Below are positions 1-7,595 of a stretch of DNA of 32,000 nucleotides, piece after piece (within the stretch, counting starts at the first letter, position 1; the number at the start of each line of letters is the position of its first letter). This DNA is from an uncultured archaeon. Lineage in GTDB: Archaea; Asgardarchaeota; Jordiarchaeia; Jordiarchaeales; Jordiarchaeaceae. Below the pieces are notes generated by a model, which saw only the letters and a program-made list of their open reading frames with translations, was not told the origin of the DNA and did not search any database. The stretch is taken from contig CAZECW010000118.1 in assembly GCA_964510585.1 (NCBI GenBank), positions 5,552 to 37,551 of the forward strand. Direction: 5' to 3'. A program made the position numbers and the translations under genes.

Positions 1-1
1 G

Positions 2-844
2 TCGGAGAAGGAGCTAATGGATGTAATCACCAAGGAGAACGTGGAAAAATACAAAATAGACCGGAAAGCAGTTGGAGATGTGCTCAGGATACCTACTATG
101 TGGGTCATCATTGCGCAGGGACTGACAGGGTACTTCCCATGGATAGTTTATCAGGTTTGGCTTATACACTGGTTGGAGAGTGTACGCTACCTTGCTCCAG
201 AGCAGGCTACCATGGTTTTTGCAATGATTGTGCTTGGTGCGGCTGTAGGTAGCCTCATAGGAGGTTTTCTGGGAGATAAAATGGAGACGAGAACTCCCAA
301 TAGAGGTAGAGTTATTGTTGCTCAGATTTCAGTTTTTGTCGGTATTCCTATGTCATGGATTCTCTTGTTCTTGGTACAGGACTTCATTATGTTCATGGTT
401 GTGGCGTTTGTTACGGCGGCTCTTATTAACTGGCCTGGCAGCGGCGCTGTTTATCCCATTGTTGCGTCTGTTAATAAGCCTGAGGTTAGGAGCACTGCTT
501 GGTCTCTGGAACAGATTTTTGAGCAGGGATTCGGAGCCTTCGCCGCGGTTCTTGTGGGCTTCTTTGCTGACAACATAATAAGTGGTGGTGTTGCCGGATT
601 TGTTATGGGCTGGGTTAGCCCCAATATAGGTATATGGTTGGTTTGGGGCACACCAGTAGTGGAGCTTTTGTGCTGGATGACTCTATCAGGTCAAGCTCTG
701 ACATATTCTATGGTATTATTCGTAACTATTCCTTGGACTTTATCGTTCATATTCTGGTCTTTAGCCTATAGGTACTATCCCAGAGACAAGCAAAAAATAA
801 TTGATCTACTAGTGCAGCGGAGAAAAGAACTTGCCAAGAAATAA
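2..844 (+). CDS. MFS transporter, C-terminal half (5'-truncated by the window edge); resembles Spinster-like MFS proteins
   Basis: The frame is open from base 2 to TAA at 842-844. It has about 6-7 hydrophobic helices and an MFS motif-A-like loop 'GGFLGDKMETRTPNRGRVIVAQ'. The Spinster-like assignment is by resemblance only. Confidence 0.85.
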   Translation, partial: SEKELMDVITKENVEKYKIDRKAVGDVLRIPTMWVIIAQGLTGYFPWIVYQVWLIHWLESVRYLAPEQATMVFAMIVLGAAVGSLIGGFLGDKMETRTPNRGRVIVAQISVFVGIPMSWILLFLVQDFIMFMVVAFVTAALINWPGSGAVYPIVASVNKPEVRSTAWSLEQIFEQGFGAFAAVLVGFFADNIISGGVAGFVMGWVSPNIGIWLVWGTPVVELLCWMTLSGQALTYSMVLFVTIPWTLSFIFWSLAYRYYPRDKQKIIDLLVQRRKELAKK

Positions 845-851
845 TGAGGGC

Positions 852-889
852 TGCGGTTGCCGCAAATTCCCCTTTTCCTTTTCTTTTTT
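852..889 (+). terminator. Probable terminator of the MFS gene (short hairpin plus T-tracts)
   Basis: TGCGG-TTG-CCGCA stem-loop (852-864) is followed by TTTT/TTTT/TTTTTT tracts (873-889) just after the stop codon. Confidence 0.5.
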
Positions 890-1038
890 ATTAGTAGGAG
901 TATCTGCCTCTTTTGCATATGCAACACCCTGATTATGCCAAAATTCAAATTAGAGAGAAAAAAGTTTCTGCGTATGCTTCCTATTGATTGGTCTTTTTAG
1001 CGGAAACTTCGGTTGGTAGGTTGAACCCTTTTGACTTT

Positions 1039-2004
1039 TTAATTTTTTGTACTGTTGTGTTGGAGGTACAAGTGGTTCATTATGTGTATTTTCGATTCTT
1101 TTTGTAGTTTCTTGATGGTGCTTTTTATGGTTTCTTCACTTTGGTTTTTGGTCTTCCTCATAATGTCTAGGGCATCTTCTAGGTATTTGATTGCGTTCAT
1201 ATAATTTTTCAGTTTTGCATATGTTTCTCCAATTTTTTTGAGGATTTCACATTGCTGTGCGATGCTTCCCGATTCTTGGTAGAGACATAGCGTCTCCTCA
1301 TAGAATGCTAGTGCGTTTTCGTACTCTTGGAACTCGTAGTACATGTTTCCCATCCCTTGGAGGGCTACAGCTAGGCTCTTTCTATTCCCTATCTCTTTCA
1401 TAATTTTGAATGCTTCACTGAAACTTATCAGGGCAGCTGAGTACTTTTTGAGCTTAACGTATATTTTTGCGGCCTGTAGGTATCCTTCGCCCTCTTCTTC
1501 TCTTCTTCCCAAGTCTCCATTGATTCTCACCATTTCTTGGTAGCACCTGAGCGCAGAGTGGTGCATTCCAAGATTATCATACGCATTTGCCATTCCTTGG
1601 ATTATAATCCTTTCACCCTCATGGTCGCCGGTTTCGCGGGCTATGCTTAGAGCTCTCTTGAAGGTCTTTATTACAGATAAGTAGTTGTGTAGTAAGAGGT
1701 GCATGTACCCTATGCCGAGGAGTGTTTCCAACTCTTCCTTATGGTTGCCATGTTCACTTACTATTTCCAGTTTTCTCTGTAGGTCTCTCAGCACAGCCTG
1801 GTAGTCGCCGATTTGGTAATGTATGTGTCCTATTTCGGTTAGTAGATTTTGAACCATGTCTGTTTTATTTATTAGTTTCAGAAGTGGAATGGCTTCATTC
1901 AGCAGGCTGACTGCTTTTTCTATCTCGGAGTTTTTGTAGGCTTTGAAGCCCTCCTCCACTAGTTTCTGAGCTGTATTTTCCAGCGAATTGCCTTCTCGTC
2001 CCAT
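1039..2004 (-). CDS. Tetratricopeptide-repeat protein (about seven 40-residue TPR units, no catalytic domain)
   Basis: There is a 40-aa periodicity of G/A-x-x-Y-x-x-x-G-x-Y-x-x-A motifs, e.g. 'LQGMGNMYYEFQEYENALAFYEE' and 'LKKIGETYAKLKNYMNAIKYLEDAL'. An AGGAG SD precedes the ATG. Confidence 0.9.
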   Translation of the reverse strand: MGREGNSLENTAQKLVEEGFKAYKNSEIEKAVSLLNEAIPLLKLINKTDMVQNLLTEIGHIHYQIGDYQAVLRDLQRKLEIVSEHGNHKEELETLLGIGYMHLLLHNYLSVIKTFKRALSIARETGDHEGERIIIQGMANAYDNLGMHHSALRCYQEMVRINGDLGRREEEGEGYLQAAKIYVKLKKYSAALISFSEAFKIMKEIGNRKSLAVALQGMGNMYYEFQEYENALAFYEETLCLYQESGSIAQQCEILKKIGETYAKLKNYMNAIKYLEDALDIMRKTKNQSEETIKSTIKKLQKESKIHIMNHLYLQHNSTKN

Positions 2005-2066
2005 GTTTTATCTCCTTTTCTCCCAAAAGTGGGAATTTTCCCAATTTAGGAATATTACCCACCATA

Positions 2067-2082
2067 TTTATAAATTTTTGCG
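2067..2082 (-). promoter_or_regulatory. Putative BRE/TATA promoter of the TPR gene
   Basis: The minus strand reads CGCAAAAA-TTTATAAA about 63 nt upstream of the ATG at 2004. Confidence 0.5.
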
Positions 2083-2221
2083 TATAAGAAATGCTCTTAA
2101 AAGGCTTCAAGGCTGGATAAAGAAGAAAAACCTTTTCTTAAAGAGTATTGAGAAACTGTTTTCAAAATGGATAAGTGTTTGTTTTACTAATGATTTTGAG
2201 AATAGTTGGAAAAAATGTTTT

Positions 2222-3163
2222 CTATTTTTTGGTTATTCTTTCAATTAGTAGACTCTTAAATTGGTTGAAATCCGCATCTATGCACACTTTTACTTCGGTT
2301 CCCTTCTCATCCGGAATAATTCTCGCTTTTCCTTCCTGCGTATCTATTCTTAGGTGACATGTTTCAGTTTTGAAGAGTTCTCTTCTGAGGGTGACTGCTA
2401 CAGTTAGCGGATCGTGCATCCACGGCTTGACCATCTGGGGTGTGAGTCCCAAAATTGGGGCTAGCTGCCTGTAATGGTTCATCCAAACTCTTGTCATTTC
2501 GAGGAGGGCTTTTGTGAGTGGGGTTTTAGCTCTCTTCAGTTTTGCTAGTTCCTTTTTGCCTAGGTGGTTTTCGGGTTTCATGGTGACATCTACTGGAACC
2601 AATGTGATGGGTATTCCAGATTCAAAAATGGTTTTTGTGGCTTCTGGATCACAGGTGAAATTATACTCATTATCCATGGGCACCCTCACCCCACCTATTT
2701 CAGGAGGGTTAATTACTCCCCCCATTAGGACAAGCTCTTTAATGTTTTTTCGGATGTTGGGCTCCCTCTTGAGGGCTGTGGCTATATTTGTTAGTGCTCC
2801 AATACAGACGAGAGTTAAGTCCCTCTTGGAGTCCAACCCTCTGGATATTATGAATTCCACTGCGTTTCCGACTGTAACTTTGAGTTCCCTGTCTTCAGGT
2901 GTAAGCAGGCCTTCTCCCTCGAAACCTAGCATAAACGATTTCTTATTCTCCGTAATTGGCTCCCCTTCGCCTACAAAAACTGGAATATCACTTCTACCCG
3001 CCAGCTTAAGCAGTTTAAGCGCGATTTTGGCTCTGAGCAGCGTGTCGCCGTAAACAGTGGTAATGCCCTCAATAGTGATTTCTGGAGATTTTGCTGCTAA
3101 GGAGATGGCGTATGCATCGTCAACATCCATGCCCACATCTGTGTCTAGTATTATGCTTGTCAA
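2222..3163 (-). CDS. Nucleoside hydrolase (inosine/uridine-preferring family)
   Basis: N-terminal Asp cluster 'DTDVGMDVDDA', 'GALTNIA', 'LMGG', 'EYNFTCDPEA' and C-terminal 'HDP'. TTG start. Confidence 0.93.
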   Translation of the reverse strand: MTSIILDTDVGMDVDDAYAISLAAKSPEITIEGITTVYGDTLLRAKIALKLLKLAGRSDIPVFVGEGEPITENKKSFMLGFEGEGLLTPEDRELKVTVGNAVEFIISRGLDSKRDLTLVCIGALTNIATALKREPNIRKNIKELVLMGGVINPPEIGGVRVPMDNEYNFTCDPEATKTIFESGIPITLVPVDVTMKPENHLGKKELAKLKRAKTPLTKALLEMTRVWMNHYRQLAPILGLTPQMVKPWMHDPLTVAVTLRRELFKTETCHLRIDTQEGKARIIPDEKGTEVKVCIDADFNQFKSLLIERITKK

Positions 3164-3191
3164 TTTTTACCACATCATCCTAGCTCTTTTT

Positions 3192-3428
3192 TTATGTTTG
3201 GTTTTTATTTATTGATTTTTGGGAGTCTTTCGCTTCTAGTAGTTTTTTGACTTCCTCGTATTCGAATGGGCACCGGTTTCTCACCAAGAAGTCGTAGTGT
3301 TTTTTGTATCTCCAGTGGGATTTTCCCTTTGTGAAGGCTGAGGCCCATTCTAATATGTGTTTAGCTTCGTTGCCAATGCCCTTTATGCGTTTACCGCACA
3401 CTCGACAAAAGTAAGGCAGAACCACCAC
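3192..3428 (-). CDS. Small hypothetical protein with a C-x2-C-x12-H zinc-finger-like motif
   Basis: 78 aa with 'FCRVCGKRIKGIGNEAKH'. It is co-oriented with and 29 nt upstream of the nucleoside hydrolase, and fills an otherwise empty gap. Confidence 0.7.
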   Translation of the reverse strand: MVVLPYFCRVCGKRIKGIGNEAKHILEWASAFTKGKSHWRYKKHYDFLVRNRCPFEYEEVKKLLEAKDSQKSINKNQT

Positions 3429-3782
3429 TTCCCATTTCTAAAAAATTTTTTCTGGCTATGAGACTTGTTTGCAAGCCTTTCCTAACTTCATTATATGCTA
3501 ATTTGAATAGGAACCTTTCTTCTCATCTATTGAAGCTTTTCGAATTAGATTGGTTTTTGGATTTTCTATGATTTAGGTTTCTAAACAGTTCCCTCTTTTA
3601 ATATTTATGGTGTATGTTTTCGACACAAGATAAATTGTACCATTTTTGATGGCATTATGTTTTTGTTTGTTGGCTGTTTATGGAGAGAGCTTTACCTCCC
3701 TAATTCCAGTTTTTAAAAAAGGTTGGGCAAAAAATTTCTGAATAATCAAATAGTCGAGATGAACCCGACCTATATTTTGCTC

Positions 3783-4568
3783 CTATTTCCCTTTGAATAC
3801 TGGTTTTCTTTTTTCTTTTATGGCTTTGAGGGCTTCATTATGGTCTTCGGTTTGGAATAATAATGTTTGCTGTAGGGCGACATATTCTAGTTCTTCTTTG
3901 AGTTGGGGTATTATTCTTCTGTTCAGTGCATTCTTGGTTGCGGCTATTGCTCTTGTGGCTCCTTGAGCCAGTCTTTGTGCTAGGGCTTCTGCCTCCTCTT
4001 GTAGTTTTTCTTCTGGGACGCACTTGTTTACCAGTCCTATGCGCTCCGCCTCCCTGCCCTCAATATCGTCACCCGTAAACAGGAGTTCGCTGGCTCTTCC
4101 CAAACCCACAAGGAGTGGAAGCATATAGGTGTCTCCGTCTCCAGGCATTATACCTATTCTCACAAATCTTTCACTGAAAACCGCTTTTTCAGAAGCAATT
4201 CTAATATCGCAGGCTAAAGCCAAGCCGCACCCAATACCCAAAGCATAACCATTGACAGCAGCTATCACTGGCTTTTCTAGGCTTCTCACCGCAATTATCA
4301 GCCTTTCTACGAAGGAACGCATGAAATTTATGGAGTCAAATGGGCTTGGTCGGGCTCCTAGCTCTGTAAGTTCAGCTCCGGAGCAGAAGGCCCGGCCAGC
4401 ACCCGTAATTATAACTGCTCTCACCTCATCGTCTACATCAATTCCGTCCAATGCGTCGACCAATTCGTCAACCATCTGGAAATTCATGGCGTTCAACTTA
4501 TCAGGCCTATTAAGAATAATTTTGCCTATACCATTTTTCTTTTCATAAATTATGGTCTCGTAACCCAA
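3783..4568 (-). CDS. Enoyl-CoA hydratase/isomerase (crotonase) family protein
   Basis: 'LNRPDKLNAM', 'ITGAGRAFCSGAEL', 'KPVIAAVNGYALGIG', 'AERIGLVN' and C-terminal 'KRKPVFKG'. I prefer the TTG start at 4568 (GGAGG SD 8 nt upstream) over the track's GTG at 4583. Confidence 0.95.
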   Translation of the reverse strand: MGYETIIYEKKNGIGKIILNRPDKLNAMNFQMVDELVDALDGIDVDDEVRAVIITGAGRAFCSGAELTELGARPSPFDSINFMRSFVERLIIAVRSLEKPVIAAVNGYALGIGCGLALACDIRIASEKAVFSERFVRIGIMPGDGDTYMLPLLVGLGRASELLFTGDDIEGREAERIGLVNKCVPEEKLQEEAEALAQRLAQGATRAIAATKNALNRRIIPQLKEELEYVALQQTLLFQTEDHNEALKAIKEKRKPVFKGK

Positions 4569-4886
4569 ACATAAAGCCTCCACTAAATGCTTCTTAAAAC
4601 TGTTATGGCATTTAACCTTTTAAAATAGACCCAAAAAATGATATTAAATTATCCTAAAAATTTTTGATACGATAGAAATAAACTAAAAAGCCGAATTGGT
4701 ACACTAGGTTCATAAAATGTGGCTTACAAGAAAACTTACAACCCGTAGCCACCTAGAACATGGCTATGTAGCTTCCAATGTGGGTGCTTTACCTTGCTTC
4801 TTGAAGGGTCTTAATTTACTTCTAGTGGTGAAGTTAAGAGGGAAAGGATGGGCAAAAATTTGTCTAATTTTACAAAGGCTGGTTTT

Positions 4887-5285
4887 TTAAATTTGGTCTT
4901 GAATAACTGTTATTGTTTCTTCGCTTATGTGTTCTATTAGTTCCTCCAGAATTGAAAATAGTTTTGAGGCGATAACTTTTTTGTTGTGTAGTATCATTTC
5001 TTGTATTGTGATTGCAAGTCCATCTGCTCTCTTTGCAAATTTGATGCTTCCGATGTCACGAAGAACCCACATTAAACACATTAGCTTGCGTTCCTCATCC
5101 GTGACCATTTCAACTTGGTTTTGAATCACATTTTTTAATCGTTCCATTAGGGCTTTGGCCGAGTAGGCGGTTATTATCTCGCAGAGTTCACTGAGTTCCA
5201 GAATTTTTTCTCGAAGTCTTGAATTTGCATTGTTCAGGTATGTTTGAAGTTCTGAAAGTTTTACTATCAAGACACCCTTCACCAA
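4887..5285 (-). CDS. Hypothetical all-alpha protein (132 aa)
   Basis: Clean ORF with amphipathic helical patterning, filling the gap between co-oriented genes. No family is recognised with certainty. Confidence 0.7.
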   Translation of the reverse strand: MVKGVLIVKLSELQTYLNNANSRLREKILELSELCEIITAYSAKALMERLKNVIQNQVEMVTDEERKLMCLMWVLRDIGSIKFAKRADGLAITIQEMILHNKKVIASKLFSILEELIEHISEETITVIQDQI

Positions 5286-5431
5286 AATAATCTCTAATAT
5301 ATTTATACGTTTTTTACATTTATAAGTTTATTAGTTGAGCATTTCCAGCAATTTTTTGAGATTTTTACCCCCAAAAAATTGTGAAGATGCATGCAGAGGG
5401 TTTTAGAAGGCGCTTAAGCGGGAAGGTTTTT

Positions 5432-6280
5432 CTATTTTACTTTGTGTTTTTTCTGGAGTTGGGTTAGTTTTTCAACTATGTTTTCTTTATATTTTGGCAT
5501 TTCTATTTTCCTGAAATTTTTTGGGTCGATTTTTTCCCGAATCAGTTTTAGCTGTTCTTTTGTGGGTGGCTCTGTTTCGGGAACTTTGTCGGGTATAATA
5601 AGTTTGAAGCCCGTATTTTTAACCACCTCTTCAACTGATACCCCTGGGTGGATTGATTCCAGTTGTAACTGCTTATCTCTATTTTTAAAATTCATTACTG
5701 CCAAATTGGAGATAACCTTGGTTGGCCCTTGAGAGTGAATATTCAGTCTTTTTCTCCACTGGCCATTTTCAAGATGTCCTGCTCCGGTAATGTAGTCCAC
5801 CTTTTCTACAAAAACTCGGGTGTCGTGATGGGGAGCATAATACACCACCCTATTCGCAAGAACTAATAGATCAGCGGTACCCACACCCCCACTGAATCTG
5901 ATAGTAGGTTTGGTACGGTTTCCAATCAGGGACATATTTGCGTTTCCCAATCTGTCTATTTGGGCGGGTCTAAGAAACATTAGATCTATACCGTTTCTCT
6001 GTTGTAGGTTCCAAAACTCGCTAATACTCAGAACGCCGAAGACTGTTCCCAAAAAACTCTCAGTCTTAACCATAACTTGGGATATGTCTTGGATGGCCGG
6101 ATTAACTCCTAAGAAGTATAGATGGTTTGCGTTTGGGGCGTGAGTTTCCCTAGCCAGCATAATAGCAGCCCCCGCTAAAGGGGTGGTGATACCCTGAAAA
6201 ACTAAATCTCCATCTCTGATCTCTCGAGACATGGCAACTATCATTAACTCGTCAACAGTGTAATCCTCAGCATATTCCAT
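5432..6280 (-). CDS. Family I CoA-transferase-fold protein, beta subunit (GctB/CatJ-like); catalytic Glu apparently absent
   Basis: 'YTVDELMIVAMSREIRDG', 'AQIDRLGNAN', 'GGVGTADL', 'FVEKVDYITGAG', 'SIHPGVSVEEVVKNTGF' and 'TEPPTKEQL'. Confidence 0.9.
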   Translation of the reverse strand: MEYAEDYTVDELMIVAMSREIRDGDLVFQGITTPLAGAAIMLARETHAPNANHLYFLGVNPAIQDISQVMVKTESFLGTVFGVLSISEFWNLQQRNGIDLMFLRPAQIDRLGNANMSLIGNRTKPTIRFSGGVGTADLLVLANRVVYYAPHHDTRVFVEKVDYITGAGHLENGQWRKRLNIHSQGPTKVISNLAVMNFKNRDKQLQLESIHPGVSVEEVVKNTGFKLIIPDKVPETEPPTKEQLKLIREKIDPKNFRKIEMPKYKENIVEKLTQLQKKHKVK

Positions 6281-6283
6281 GGC

Positions 6284-7138
6284 TCAGCACCTACCCACCA
6301 TTTTCAGATATTCCTCGTGTCCACTTGGCTGATAAACATATTTCTCTAAATACTCTTGGAATGTCTTGGGGTCGTTTGAAGCCCTCATGTACTCCATTAA
6401 ATGCCCTACATCTTGATCGTAGAGAGGATAGAAAGCCGTAGGATGGGCACCTTGAGGCACTTCCACCACTGCGTCAACTTCGTAGCTGAACAGTATAGTT
6501 TTATCAAAATTTTTTCTTATATCCTCGGGGCTAACTATCCTTTCCACGGTGGCTATGACTAATTTACTCGCCCTTGCAAGGGAAGTATCATAATCAATAG
6601 TACTCTCAGTAGGCAAGTAGGCTTGAACATTGCCATAACAATCGGCTTGAAGCTGGTGTACTACGCAAACATCTAAATCGAAAGCTGGAACCGCTAACAA
6701 TTCTTGATCAGTGTAGGGACAACTTATGGTTTTAAATCCCAGGTCTTTTACAATATCGCTGCCAAAACCTCCCCTCATAGGCAAGAAAGGTAAACCCATA
6801 ACCGCAGCCCTTAAGGCTGAAGCGAAACCCAGAACATCATACTCATTAATTTTAATTAGGCCCTTCTCCGCAGCTCTCCTAAAATTTAGCGCAAGTCCCA
6901 ATTGTCCCATACCCAGATAAGTGTAGTTGACACTCTGCACGCATCCCGCACCAATTAACATGTCAAGATCCATATTTGCATTAAGAGAGTAGGCATCCAA
7001 ATTCTTTTTTCCAGCCTTTATCAAACCTCTGATGAAAGCCATCGGACGACGGAAAAACATAAACCCCCCGAACCCTATAGAGGAAGCGTCCTCTACCAGT
7101 TCAACAGCCTCTTCCAACTTCATCAGTTTATCCTTCAT
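6284..7138 (-). CDS. Family I CoA-transferase-fold protein, alpha subunit (GctA/CatI-like)
   Basis: 'KLMKLEEAVELV', 'GFGGF', 'LRAAVMGLPFLP', 'VPAFDLDVCVVH..QAD.YGN', 'VIATVERIV' and 'VDAVVEVPQGAHPT'. The ATG at 7138 has a GAGGAG SD; the track's start at 7156 overlaps this SD. Confidence 0.92.
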   Translation of the reverse strand: MKDKLMKLEEAVELVEDASSIGFGGFMFFRRPMAFIRGLIKAGKKNLDAYSLNANMDLDMLIGAGCVQSVNYTYLGMGQLGLALNFRRAAEKGLIKINEYDVLGFASALRAAVMGLPFLPMRGGFGSDIVKDLGFKTISCPYTDQELLAVPAFDLDVCVVHQLQADCYGNVQAYLPTESTIDYDTSLARASKLVIATVERIVSPEDIRKNFDKTILFSYEVDAVVEVPQGAHPTAFYPLYDQDVGHLMEYMRASNDPKTFQEYLEKYVYQPSGHEEYLKMVGRC

Positions 7139-7251
7139 TACAAATCTCCTCAACACAAGACAGCCACTAAAAATTGGGAAAATAAGTCTTATTTCAAAAA
7201 TTTGCTCGCAACCTTGCTTTTCATCCTTTATCGCGATAAACCTTTTGCTCT

Positions 7252-7500
7252 CTATTCGTGTCCCAGAACGTGCTTTTTCAAGGTTCTTGTTTTTTCAGGT
7301 AAATTTTTTTCCAAAATTTCAATAATCTCTTCATTTATTTTTGCGTGTTCCAGAGTGCAACTGCCAGCCTTCTCTTTGCCACTCAAAATTGCTGCGGTGT
7401 TTTCTGTGATGCGGATTAACTCTGTTGCAATTACTCCGTTGAGCCATATGAGCTCCTTCAAAACTTCCTTCAACTCTTTAAGTTCCTTTTCATATTCCAT
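7252..7500 (-). CDS. Small helical hypothetical protein (82 aa)
   Basis: GGTGA SD before the ATG. Protein-like composition ('LKELIWLNGVIATELIRITEN'). Co-oriented with both neighbours. Confidence 0.75.
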   Translation of the reverse strand: MEYEKELKELKEVLKELIWLNGVIATELIRITENTAAILSGKEKAGSCTLEHAKINEEIIEILEKNLPEKTRTLKKHVLGHE

Positions 7501-7595
7501 AATTGCTCACCAGTAAATTTCCTAAAAGAATTAGGATTGACAGGGGAAACATTATTTTGCGATTTAAAAAGTGTTAGGTTTCTCTGTTGTGTCTG

